From: Phycisphaera mikurensis NBRC 102666
Lineage (GTDB): Bacteria; Planctomycetota; Phycisphaerae; Phycisphaerales; Phycisphaeraceae
NCBI RefSeq assembly: GCF_000284115.1
Contig: NC_017080.1
Location: 2,430,001-2,462,000, forward strand
DNA: 32,000 bases
Direction of reading: 5' to 3'
Shown: one piece after another, positions 21,932-30,457 of the stretch
Position numbering within the stretch: position 1 is the stretch's first letter
Layout: every line of letters begins with the position of its first letter
The notes under the pieces: generated by a model
Databases searched by the model: none
Told to the model about the DNA's origin: nothing
The model's input: the letters and a program-made list of their open reading frames with translations, nothing else
Translations under genes and position numbers: made by a program

Positions 21932-22969
21932 CTAGCGACCCGGCGGCGCCTCCGCCAGCCGCACCAGCAGCTGGGCGACGCCCGGCAGCGCGAAGGCCGC
22001 CGTGTAGTGATTCCCGGGCCGGCGGATCCAGTGGTCGTCCGCCAGCCCTTCGCCGCCGACGGCCGCGGCGAGCGCCGCCGCGTTCGCCGGGAGGATCACT
22101 TGGTCTGCCGTCGCCGTGGCGAGCCAAACCCGGTCCGGTTCGAGCCGGCCCGCGAACGCGAGCGGCTCGATCGGCCGCAGCCGGGCCTCCAGCGAACCCA
22201 TCGTCTCGCCCGACCGCAGCAGCTCCTCCCGCAGGAAGGCCGCGTCCTTGGCGCCGTCCCGCAGGCCCTCGAACGCCGACCCGCCGCCGAGGAAGCTGAC
22301 GGTGGCGACGGGCCGGCCGTCGAGCGCCGACGCGGACACCGCCGCGAACGAACCCAGCGAGATCCCCGCGAGCACGAGCCGGTCGCCGTCGATCTCGGCC
22401 AGCGCCGCGACGGCGTCCAGTGCCCGCCGCACGTCCGCCACCCCGCCGGCACCCGAGAGCACGGCCTCCGCCCCCGGCGAGCGGCCGGCCGGCGGGCGGC
22501 GGCCGCCGTAGCCCGGCAGCGTCACCACGAAGGCGTCGACGCCGGCCTGCGCCACGGCGTTGGCCAGCCCCCGCGCCAGCGGCATCCCCGGGGCCAGCGA
22601 GTGCACGATGACGACCGCGGGGCCGGCCGCGTCGCCGCGGTCGGCCCCGAACCAGAGGACCTCCACCGGGAGCGCCCGGTCGCCCCGCCCCGCGCCGGGC
22701 GTCGGCGCGGGGAAACGCAGCGTCCGCCGCGGCGCGGCGCCCGCGACCTCCACCCCGAACGCCTCGGGCGTCCAGCCCGCGGCGCGGAGCGCCCGGGCGT
22801 GCGCCGGGTCCGCCGCCGCCTCGGCCGCCGCGTCGAACGTGTCCTCGGCCCGCACCGTCCCGGCGCTCGCCGAGCCGCACGCGGCCACCGCCAGCCCCAG
22901 CCCCAGCCCCAGCCCCAGCTTCAGCCCCAGCCCCAGGTTCAAGATCCGCGGACCGTGCTTCCTCCGCAT
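21932..22969 (-). CDS. Secreted alpha/beta hydrolase fold protein
   Basis: GISLGSFAAVSASALDG (nucleophile elbow GxSxG), terminal GNHYTAAF His region, N-terminal signal-like segment. Confidence 0.75.
   Translation of the reverse strand: MRRKHGPRILNLGLGLKLGLGLGLGLAVAACGSASAGTVRAEDTFDAAAEAAADPAHARALRAAGWTPEAFGVEVAGAAPRRTLRFPAPTPGAGRGDRALPVEVLWFGADRGDAAGPAVVIVHSLAPGMPLARGLANAVAQAGVDAFVVTLPGYGGRRPPAGRSPGAEAVLSGAGGVADVRRALDAVAALAEIDGDRLVLAGISLGSFAAVSASALDGRPVATVSFLGGGSAFEGLRDGAKDAAFLREELLRSGETMGSLEARLRPIEPLAFAGRLEPDRVWLATATADQVILPANAAALAAAVGGEGLADDHWIRRPGNHYTAAFALPGVAQLLVRLAEAPPGR
22891..22936 (+). repeat. Hexanucleotide (CCAGCC)n repeat in the signal-peptide region
   Basis: ccagccccagccccagccccagccccagcttcagccccagccccag encodes the LGLGLKLGLGLGLGL core. 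Confidence 0.9.
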
Positions 22970-22991
22970 CAGATAACTCCACGGTCCGCGG
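22946..22991. repeat. 46-bp palindrome family, copy D
   Basis: CCGCGGACCGTG...CACGGTCCGCGG (12-bp arms) spanning the dinG stop / hydrolase start junction. Confidence 0.93.
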
Positions 22992-25092
22992 CACCCACCG
23001 GCACCGGCTCGTCGAACCCCCGCTGCACCGGCACGTCCGGAAGCGCCGCGAGGAAGCGCCGGCCGTAGGGCTTGTTCACGATCCGCGGGTCCAGCACCGC
23101 CACGGTGCCGGTGTCCGTCTTGCTGCGGATCAGCCGCCCGAAGCCCTGCTTGAAGCGCAGCACCGCCTCGGGCATGGAGTAGTCGGCGAAGGCGCTCCCG
23201 CCGCGGGCGGTGACGCGCTCGCTGCGGGCCTGCACCATTGGCCGGTCGGGCACGACGAAGGGCAGCCGCGTGATGACCACCAGCCGCAGGCCCTCGCCGG
23301 CGACGTCCACGCCCTGCCAGAAGCTGTCCGCGCCCAGCAGCACGCTGCGGCGGTCGTGGCGGAAGCGGGCGAGCAGCTCGCGCCGCTGCGTCCCGGGGCC
23401 GTGCACAAGCATCGGCATCCCCCACTGCCCCAGGTGCCGGCGGATGCGATCCGCCGTGCCGCGGAGCATCGCGTAGCTGGTGAACAGCACGAAGGCTCCG
23501 CCGTCGGAAGCCTTCAGGTGGCGGAGCAGCACGTCCGCCATCGCCGCGGGGTGCTTCGGGTCGTTGGGCTCGGGCAGGCCCGGGTGGACGACGACCCGCG
23601 CCTGGCTCGCGTAGTCGAAGGGCGAGCCGAGCTGCAGCAGCGAGCGGGATGGATCGGCCATCGCGGCCGAGACGCCGAGACGCCCGGCGACGTGCGCGAA
23701 GGCCTTCTTCCTCGCCTCCGGGCTCTTCTCCGGCGTGTTCGCCGTGCTCAGCGTGGCGGAGGTGAGCACGACCGGAAGCGGCTTGCCGTGCCCGGTCTCC
23801 GCGGCGAAGAGCTTGTCCGCGAGGATCGACCCGACCTCCACCGGGCTCGCCGACAGCGTCGTCCGCTCGCGCCGCCCCGCCCGCTGCTGCGTGCCGCCGG
23901 AGGCCGGGACGTGATCGACCCAGTAGACGTGGTCGTCGAGCGTCTGCTCCACCAGGGCCTCCAGCGCCAGCGCCTGCCCCTGCGCCCGGTCGGCTTGGGC
24001 GCCGATCTCCATCTGGTCGCTCTCGTCCTCGAGCTTGTTTCGGGCGTTCTTCAGCCGCAGCGACAGCTCCTGCAGGTGCTCCGCCAGCGGCGTGGCGTCC
24101 ACCGGCGGCGGCTGGAGCAGCCGGCCGTTGTGCCGCGGGCCGCGGCCCTCCTGCCAAACGCCCAGCTCGCCGAAGAAGTCGTCGGTGACCGCCCGCGTGT
24201 GCTCCACGTGAGAGGCGAGCGTGTTCCACGCCCCGGGGTCCAGCTTGCCCTGCAGCCCCTGGAGCACGCCGCGCTTCCGCCGCGCGTTGAAGAGCCGGCC
24301 GAGCAGGAAGCGCAGCTGGGTCGACGACACCGAGACGCCGAAGTGGTCCGCCGCGGCGTCCTCGATCGTGTGCGCCTCGTCGAGGATCACCGCGTCGTAG
24401 GGCGGCAGCACGCCGTGGCCGGCCCGCCGCATCGCGAGGTCGGCGAAGAAGAGCGCGTGGTTCACCACGATCAGGTCGGCGTTCTGGATCCGCCGCCGGG
24501 CCGCCTGGAAGAAGCAGGTCTTGTACGTCGGGCAACGCTTGCCCAGGCAGTCGTCCGCGTCGCTGCGGACGTCGGTCCAGACCTCGGGCGCCGCGAGCTG
24601 CGGCAGCGTTGCGACCGAGCCCTCGGGCGTCTCCTCCAGCCAGTCCAGCACCGTCTCGACCGACCGCGTCTGCCGGTCCTCCTCGAACATCGTCGCCGAG
24701 CGGTCCCACGCCCGCCGCGTCCGCCGGCGCGAGACGTAGTTGCCGCGGCCCTTGGCCAGCACGGCGGAGAACTCGCCGGGAACGACCGACCGGAGCAGCG
24801 GCAGGTCCTTCTCCATCAGCTGTTCCTGCAGCGCGATCGTGTGGGTCGACACGATCACCCGCTTCTTCTTGTCGCGGTCGTCCGTCTGGAGGATCAGGTC
24901 GATCGCCGGCAGCAGGTACGCGAAGCTCTTGCCCACGCCCGTGCCCGCCTCGACGATCAGCTTGCCCCCGCGGGCGAAGGTGTCGGCCACCGCCTCGGCC
25001 ATCGCCGCCTGCTCGGGCCGCCGCTCGAAAGAGGCCCCCAAGCGGCGGGCGAGGGCGCCGCTGGCCGAGAGGTTGTCGAGGGCGGAGGGCAC
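22969..25092 (-). CDS. dinG: DinG/XPD-like ATP-dependent DNA helicase
   Basis: EAGTGVGKSFAYLLPA, VIVSTHTIALQEQLMEKDLP, VILDEAHTIEDAAADHFG, FTSYAMLRG, FWQGVDVAGEGLRLVVITRLPF, FKQGFGRLIRSKTDTG. Cys set CLGKRCPTYKTCFF suggests an FeS domain. Start assigned to GTG 25092, excluding the upstream repeat. Confidence 0.88.
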   Translation of the reverse strand: MPSALDNLSASGALARRLGASFERRPEQAAMAEAVADTFARGGKLIVEAGTGVGKSFAYLLPAIDLILQTDDRDKKKRVIVSTHTIALQEQLMEKDLPLLRSVVPGEFSAVLAKGRGNYVSRRRTRRAWDRSATMFEEDRQTRSVETVLDWLEETPEGSVATLPQLAAPEVWTDVRSDADDCLGKRCPTYKTCFFQAARRRIQNADLIVVNHALFFADLAMRRAGHGVLPPYDAVILDEAHTIEDAAADHFGVSVSSTQLRFLLGRLFNARRKRGVLQGLQGKLDPGAWNTLASHVEHTRAVTDDFFGELGVWQEGRGPRHNGRLLQPPPVDATPLAEHLQELSLRLKNARNKLEDESDQMEIGAQADRAQGQALALEALVEQTLDDHVYWVDHVPASGGTQQRAGRRERTTLSASPVEVGSILADKLFAAETGHGKPLPVVLTSATLSTANTPEKSPEARKKAFAHVAGRLGVSAAMADPSRSLLQLGSPFDYASQARVVVHPGLPEPNDPKHPAAMADVLLRHLKASDGGAFVLFTSYAMLRGTADRIRRHLGQWGMPMLVHGPGTQRRELLARFRHDRRSVLLGADSFWQGVDVAGEGLRLVVITRLPFVVPDRPMVQARSERVTARGGSAFADYSMPEAVLRFKQGFGRLIRSKTDTGTVAVLDPRIVNKPYGRRFLAALPDVPVQRGFDEPVPVGAADRGVI

Positions 25093-25120
25093 GGGGCAGA
25101 CGGTACGCAGCCGCTGCGCG

Positions 25121-25357
25121 GCTAAAGAGACGAAGAGACGCAGACCTGCGGCGGGCAAACCCCGGGGACCGACGAAGCTCGCCGCACCTCCGCCGGCGAC
25201 GGGCTCGGGCGATGCCCGCGTAGAGACGAAGACGGCAAGGAGCGGTCGACGCAGCCGCCGCGTCACGCCTGACTTCGTCTCTTCGTCTCTCCGTCTCTTC
25301 GTCTCTTCGTCTCTTCGTCTCTTCGTCTCTCCGCCTCTCCGTCTCTCCGTCTCTCCG
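25121..25357 (-). mobile_element. Insert 3: intergenic member of the octamer/AGTCAG inverted-repeat family
   Basis: Ten tandem 8-nt units of GTCTCTTC/GTCTCTCC type (25277-25356) next to CCTGACTTC (AGTCAG reverse complement). Opposing arm AGAGACGAAGAGACGCAGAC at 25126-25145 and a second partial arm TAGAGACGAAGACGG at 25221-25235. Confidence 0.65.
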
Positions 25358-26569
25358 TCACCCGCTTCCCTCTGCCACCGCCGCCACCGCGTCGCACAGC
25401 GCGTCCACGTTCCCCGGCACCACCCCCGCCACGTTGATGCGCCCATCCCCCACGGCGTAGATCCCGTGCTCGTCCCTCAGCCGGCCGACCTGCTCGCGGG
25501 TGAGCCCGGTCAGCGTGAACATCCCCCGCTGCTTCGCGATGAAGCCGTTGCCCCCCGGCGACAGCGCGACGCCGCGGGCGTCGAGGCCGGCCTGCAGCGC
25601 GGCCCGCATGCCGTTGATGCGTTCCCGCATGCCGTCGAGCTCCTCCCGCCACCGTGCCGTCAGCTCCTCGCTCTCGAGGATCGTCTGCACCACCAGCGCC
25701 CCGTGCGCCGGCGGGTTGGAGTAGTTCCGGCGGATGGCCTGCTTCACGAGGCTCTGCGCGGCCGAGGCCGCGGCGGCGTCCGCCGCGACCACGGTCAGCG
25801 CCCCGACGCGGTCGCGGTAGAGACCGAAGTTCTTCGAGTAGCTGCTGCAGACGAGCAGCTCCGGGTTCGCGGCGGCCACCTCCCGCAGCCCGGCGGCGTC
25901 TTCCTCGAGCCCATCTCCGAAGCCCTGGTAGGCGAAGTCCAGCAGGGGCAGCACGCCCCGGTCGGCGAGGACGCCGGCGATCCGCCGCCACTGCTCGGGG
26001 CTGGGATCCGCGCCGGTGGGGTTGTGGCAGCAGCCGTGCAGGACCACGACGTCGCCGGCGGGCACCTCCTCCAGCGCCGCGAGCGCGCCGCCGAAGTCCA
26101 GGCCGCGCGTCGCCGGGTCGTACCAGCGGTAGGTCGAGGTCGCGAGCCCCGCCGCGCGGAAGATCCCGTGGTGGTTCGCCCAGGTCGGGTCGCTCAGCCA
26201 CACGGTCGCGGCCGGGAGGTTCTGCTTGACGAAGTCGCCGGCGACGCGCAGCCCGCCGGTGCCGCCGGGCGTCATCGACGTCGCGGCCCGGCCGCCGCGG
26301 ACCCGCTCATCCCCGGCCCCGAACAGCATCGACCGCACCAGCGGACCCAGCGCCGGCGGCCCGTCGATGGGCAGGTAGCCCTTGGTGGTCTCCGCTTCGA
26401 GCAGCCGCCGCTCCGCCTCCTTGACCGCGGCGGGCACGGGCGTGGCCCCGTCGGCATCCTTGTAGACCCCCACCGCGAGGTTGATCTTCGCGTCGCGGGC
26501 GTCGCCGCGGAAGGCTTCGGAGAGCCCGAGGATGGCGTCGGGCGGGGCGGGCTGGAGGGTCTCGAACAT
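25358..26569 (-). CDS. Aspartate/aromatic-amino-acid aminotransferase
   Basis: NLAVGVYKDADGATPVPAAVKEAE, GYLPIDG, VWLSDPTWANHHGIF, LHGCCHNPTGADPSPEQW, CSSYSKNFGLYRDRVGAL, MFTLTGL, YAVGDGRINVAG. Confidence 0.94.
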   Translation of the reverse strand: MFETLQPAPPDAILGLSEAFRGDARDAKINLAVGVYKDADGATPVPAAVKEAERRLLEAETTKGYLPIDGPPALGPLVRSMLFGAGDERVRGGRAATSMTPGGTGGLRVAGDFVKQNLPAATVWLSDPTWANHHGIFRAAGLATSTYRWYDPATRGLDFGGALAALEEVPAGDVVVLHGCCHNPTGADPSPEQWRRIAGVLADRGVLPLLDFAYQGFGDGLEEDAAGLREVAAANPELLVCSSYSKNFGLYRDRVGALTVVAADAAAASAAQSLVKQAIRRNYSNPPAHGALVVQTILESEELTARWREELDGMRERINGMRAALQAGLDARGVALSPGGNGFIAKQRGMFTLTGLTREQVGRLRDEHGIYAVGDGRINVAGVVPGNVDALCDAVAAVAEGSG

Positions 26570-26682
26570 GGATTCGGCTCGTCTGCGGGCGCAACGTGCG
26601 ACGCTACCACCCGCCGTGCCGCGCGGCAACGGCCGACCGCCGCGGCACGAGGCCGCCGACGCGGGCCCGGTAGTCTTGGCCC

Positions 26683-26967
26683 ATGCCCCAAGCCGCCGCC
26701 CGCCACATCCTCGTCGACACCGAAGCCAAAGCCAGCGAGATCCGCGGCGAGATCGCGGGGGGTTCGGCCACCTTCGAAGACGCCGCCGCCGCCCACAGCG
26801 CCTGCCCCTCCGCCCGCGAGGGCGGCCGGCTGGGCACCTTCGGCAAGGGGCAGATGGTCCCGGAGTTCGAGGAGGTCGTCTTCGGCAACCTGCCCGTCGG
26901 CGAGGTGAGCGAGCCGGTCAAGACCCAGTTCGGCTGGCACCTCATCGAGGTCACGCAGCGGATGTAG
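26683..26967 (+). CDS. Parvulin-type peptidyl-prolyl cis-trans isomerase
   Basis: [59 protein letters not shown]. Confidence 0.95.
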   Translation: MPQAAARHILVDTEAKASEIRGEIAGGSATFEDAAAAHSACPSAREGGRLGTFGKGQMVPEFEEVVFGNLPVGEVSEPVKTQFGWHLIEVTQRM

Positions 26968-27018
26968 CGCCGCGTCGTCCCCCCTCCCTCTCCCCGCGTG
27001 TCCCCTCGAACGATCCCC

Positions 27019-28203
27019 ATGAAAAGAGTCCGACTCGGCCTCCTCGGCGCCGCCGGCGGCATCGCCGGCATGCACAAGAGCTACTTCGACAAGATCGACG
27101 GGCTCGAGCTCGCCGCGGTCTGCGACGTCAGCGACGAGCGGGTGGCCCCCGTCGCCGAGGCGACCGGCGCCAGAGCCTGGACCGATGGCGAGGCGATGAT
27201 CCGCTCCGGCGAGATCGACGCCGTGCTCATCGCCTGCCCGCACTTCGACCACCCGCGGTACGCCCGCATCGCCTTCGACGCCGGCGTCCACGCCCTCACC
27301 GAGAAGCCCGTGGCCGTGACCGCCGCCGAGGCCGAGGAGACCGACCGCCTCTACGCCGAGGCGCAGAAAGAACACCCCGGCCTGCTCTACGCCGGCATGT
27401 TCAACCAGCGGACGCACCCGGTCTGGAAGGAGATCAAGCGTCTGGTGGCCGGAGGCGAGCTCGGCGAGCTGATGCGGGTCGGCTGGACGATCTCCACCTG
27501 GTTCCGCACGCAGTCCTACTACGACAGCGGCGGCTGGCGGGCCACCTGGTCGGGCGAGGGCGGCGGCGTGTTGCTCAACCAGTGCCCCCACAACCTCGAC
27601 CTGCTGTGCTGGTTCGTCGGGCAGCCCTCGCGCGTCATCGCCAAGGCCTCGCTCGGCAAGCAGCACGCCATCGAGGTCGAGGACGAGGTCTCCGCCCTGC
27701 TGGACTTCCCCAACGGCGCCACCGGCACCTTCTTCACCTCCACCGGCGAAGCCCCCGGCGTCAACCGCCTGGAGATCGTCGGCACCGGCGGCACCGTGAT
27801 CTGCGAGGACAACAAGCTGACGTTCCTGCGGGCGGGCACCCCGGTGGACGAGTTCACCCGGACCTGCTCCGCCAAGTTCGCGACCCTGCCGACCACGCGG
27901 ATGGAGGTCACGCCGCCGCCGCTGGAAGGCCCCGAGCACGAGCACATCACCCGCAACTTCGTCGAGACCATCCTCGCGGGCGGCGGCCAGGGCGACCTCA
28001 TCGCCCCCGCGCCCGAGGGAATTCTGGGCCTGGAGCTCGGCAACGCGATGCTGATGTCCGGCCTGCAAGGCAGCTTCCCGATCGACCTGCCCATGGACCG
28101 CGCCGCCTTCGCCGCGAAGCTGAAGGAGCTGCAGGCGGCCAGCACGTACGTGAAGCCGGAGGTGAAGGAAGCGGAGGGCGACCTGGCGAAGAGCTTCGCG
28201 TGA
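27019..28203 (+). CDS. Gfo/Idh/MocA family NAD(P)-dependent oxidoreductase
   Basis: Rossmann start VRLGLLGAAGGIAGMHKSYF, ALTEKPVAVTAAEAEE, GEGGGVLLNQCPHNLDLLCWFVG. Confidence 0.94.
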   Translation: MKRVRLGLLGAAGGIAGMHKSYFDKIDGLELAAVCDVSDERVAPVAEATGARAWTDGEAMIRSGEIDAVLIACPHFDHPRYARIAFDAGVHALTEKPVAVTAAEAEETDRLYAEAQKEHPGLLYAGMFNQRTHPVWKEIKRLVAGGELGELMRVGWTISTWFRTQSYYDSGGWRATWSGEGGGVLLNQCPHNLDLLCWFVGQPSRVIAKASLGKQHAIEVEDEVSALLDFPNGATGTFFTSTGEAPGVNRLEIVGTGGTVICEDNKLTFLRAGTPVDEFTRTCSAKFATLPTTRMEVTPPPLEGPEHEHITRNFVETILAGGGQGDLIAPAPEGILGLELGNAMLMSGLQGSFPIDLPMDRAAFAAKLKELQAASTYVKPEVKEAEGDLAKSFA

Positions 28204-28273
28204 GGCGCAGCGGCTTCTCCGCTCGCCCCTCCTGCTGGACTCTCCGCTTCCTCGCTCCGCCCGCTCCGCCCCC

Positions 28274-29296
28274 ATGCGCCTCGCCCTCCTCACCGATGCC
28301 TGGCACCCCCAGGTCAACGGCGTCGTCCGCACGTGGAACCGCGTGGTGGAGGAGCTGGTGTCGGCCGGCGCCGGGGTGGAGGTGATCCACCCCGGGCTCT
28401 TCCGCACCTTCCCCGCCCCGCGCTACCCCGAGATCCGCCTCGCCTTCTGGCCCGGGCCCGGGGTGCGGGAGCGGCTGGACGCGTTCGAGCCGACGCACGT
28501 GCACGTCGCCACCGAGGGGCCGGTGGGCCTGGCGGGGCGGCGGGCCTGCCTCCGCCGCGGGTGGCGCTTCACCAGCAGCTACCACACGAAGTACCCGCAG
28601 TACCTGCGGGCTTACTTCGGCATCCCGCGGCCGTTCACCCTCGCCTTCGTCCGCCGCTTCCACAACGCCGCGCAGGCCACGCTGTGCCCGACGCCGAGCG
28701 TCGTCGACGAGCTCGCCGCCGAGGGCCTGACCGGGCTGCGGCCCTGGTCCCGCGGCGTCGACACCGCCGTCTTCCACCCCGGAGCCGGTCCGGCCCCCGC
28801 GTCCATGGCCGCCCTCGAGAAGCCGGTCTTCCTCTGCGTCGGCCGCGTCGCGAAAGAGAAGAACCTCGCGGCCTTCCTCGACCTCGACCTGCCCGGCTCG
28901 AAGGTGGTCGTCGGCGACGGACCGGCCCGCCGGGCCCTCGCCCGGAAGCACCCCGGCGTGCTCTTCACGGGCGTGCAGAAGGGAGACGCGCTCGCCCGCC
29001 ACTACGCAGCCGCCGACGCCTTCGTCTTCCCGAGCCTCACCGACACCTACGGCGTCGTCATGCTCGAGGCCAACGCCGCCGGGCTTCCCGTCGCCGCCTT
29101 CCCCGTCACCGGCCCCATCGACGTGGTGGTCGACGGCGTCACCGGCTGCCTGAACCAGGACCTCCGGGCCGCCTGCCTCGACGCGCTGGAGCTGGACCCC
29201 GCCGACGCCCGCGCCCACGCCGAAGCCAACAGCTGGGCCCGGTGCGCCCAGATCGTGCGGGAGACGCTGGTCCCGATCCGCGGACCGTCGGCCTGA
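28274..29296 (+). CDS. Glycosyltransferase family 4 protein
   Basis: TDAWHPQVNGVVRTW, TSYHTKYPQYL, RGVDTAVFHPG, VGRVAKEKNLAAFLDL, FVFPSLTDTYGVVMLEANAAGLPVAA. Confidence 0.94.
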   Translation: MRLALLTDAWHPQVNGVVRTWNRVVEELVSAGAGVEVIHPGLFRTFPAPRYPEIRLAFWPGPGVRERLDAFEPTHVHVATEGPVGLAGRRACLRRGWRFTSSYHTKYPQYLRAYFGIPRPFTLAFVRRFHNAAQATLCPTPSVVDELAAEGLTGLRPWSRGVDTAVFHPGAGPAPASMAALEKPVFLCVGRVAKEKNLAAFLDLDLPGSKVVVGDGPARRALARKHPGVLFTGVQKGDALARHYAAADAFVFPSLTDTYGVVMLEANAAGLPVAAFPVTGPIDVVVDGVTGCLNQDLRAACLDALELDPADARAHAEANSWARCAQIVRETLVPIRGPSA

Positions 29297-29323
29297 GCAA
29301 GGCCCGGACGCCGCGGTCCGCGG
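29278..29323. repeat. 46-bp palindrome family, copy E
   Basis: CCGCGGACCG (29278-29287) - N26 - CGGTCCGCGG (29314-29323), at the convergent glycosyltransferase/pgsA ends. Confidence 0.9.
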
Positions 29324-29350
29324 CCGCGGCGGGCGGCCGGACCGTCCGCG

Positions 29351-29992
29351 TCACGCGCGGGCGAGGGCCTTGGCGCCGAGCACGTAGGGCAGCCCGCTGG
29401 CCACGGTCACGGCGACGGTGAGCAGCACGAGGCCGTCCCGCACCCAGCCCATCCAGGCGTGTCCGGGCAGCGTCGGGTCGAGCGCGACGATCAGCAGCAC
29501 CACCGGCACCACGACCGATTGCAGCACCATCTTCCACTTCCCCAGCGCCTTGGCCCCGAACTCGACGCCCTTCTGCTCGGCCACGCCGCGGATGCTGGTC
29601 ACCAGCAGCTCGCGGGCGAGCACCACCACGACCATCCACGGGTACACGCCGGAGACCATCGTCCGCAGGTCGCCCGCGGCCACGGCGGAGGGATCCACGA
29701 AGCGGGGGCTCGCGAGGTAGACGACCGCGCCCAGGACGAGAATCTTGTCGGCGAAGGGATCGATGATCCGGCCGAAGACGGAGGTCACCTCCCACTTCCG
29801 CGCGAGGTACCCGTCGGCCCAGTCGGTCAGTGCGGCCGCCACGAAGAGCACCAGCCCGACCCCGAGCAGCCAGCCCCGCCCCGCGAAGCCCGGCGCCTCG
29901 AACCGGAAGAAGTTCAGCGCCACGAAGAAGCCCGCCGCCAGCCCCAACCGCAGCACCGTGAGCGCGTTGGGGATCTGGCGGCGCGGCAGCAT
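29351..29992 (-). CDS. pgsA: CDP-diacylglycerol--glycerol-3-phosphate 3-phosphatidyltransferase
   Basis: MLPRRQIPNALTVLRLGLA and CDP-alcohol phosphotransferase motif DWADGYLARKWEVTSVFGRIIDPFADK. Confidence 0.93.
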   Translation of the reverse strand: MLPRRQIPNALTVLRLGLAAGFFVALNFFRFEAPGFAGRGWLLGVGLVLFVAAALTDWADGYLARKWEVTSVFGRIIDPFADKILVLGAVVYLASPRFVDPSAVAAGDLRTMVSGVYPWMVVVVLARELLVTSIRGVAEQKGVEFGAKALGKWKMVLQSVVVPVVLLIVALDPTLPGHAWMGWVRDGLVLLTVAVTVASGLPYVLGAKALARA

Positions 29993-30030
29993 GGCGCCAG
30001 CGTACGGAGGGCCCGCGCCGCCGCGCAGCG

Positions 30031-30076
30031 CCGCGGACCGCCGGCCCGGAGCCCCTCCGGGCGTCGCGGTCCGCGG
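30031..30076. repeat. 46-bp palindrome family, copy F
   Basis: CCGCGGACCG (30031-30040) - N26 - CGGTCCGCGG (30067-30076), between divergent pgsA and ferredoxin. Nested CCCGGAG/CTCCGGG. Confidence 0.9.
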
Positions 30077-30145
30077 AGCCCGACGCCGCCCGCCGCCCGT
30101 CAAGTGTTTACACTGCCCCGCCCGCTCTTTGATCGAGGATCCACG

Positions 30146-30457
30146 ATGCCCCAAGTCACCTACATCACCCCCGCGGGCGAGACCCGCGTCGTTGAAAACG
30201 CCGAGGGAACGCTCATGAGCGCAGCCGTCGCGAACCAGGTCGAAGGCATCGACGGCGACTGCGGCGGCGTGTGCAGCTGCGCCACCTGCCACGTGCACGT
30301 CGACCCGGCCTGGCAGGAGAAGGTCGGCCCCGCGACCGCCGCCGAGGAGGGCATGCTCGAGCTCGAGGACGAGGCCACCGAGGCCAGCCGCCTCGGCTGC
30401 CAGGTGACGCTGACGCCGGAGCTCGACGGCCTCGTGGTGCGCGTGGTCGGCCGTTGA
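30146..30457 (+). CDS. 2Fe-2S ferredoxin
   Basis: MPQVTYITPAGETRVVENAEGTLMSAAVANQVEGIDGDCGGVCSCATCHVHVDPAW... with the C-x5-C-x2-C cluster and distal RLGCQV. Confidence 0.95.
   Translation: MPQVTYITPAGETRVVENAEGTLMSAAVANQVEGIDGDCGGVCSCATCHVHVDPAWQEKVGPATAAEEGMLELEDEATEASRLGCQVTLTPELDGLVVRVVGR

Noticed and set aside
25093-25446. N-terminal extension of the dinG ORF through the repeat region and into the aminotransferase
   Set aside because: The extension is the translated octamer repeat (ERRRGGETKRRRDEETKRR) plus the antisense-free alternate frame of the neighbouring gene; the helicase proper begins near GTG 25092.
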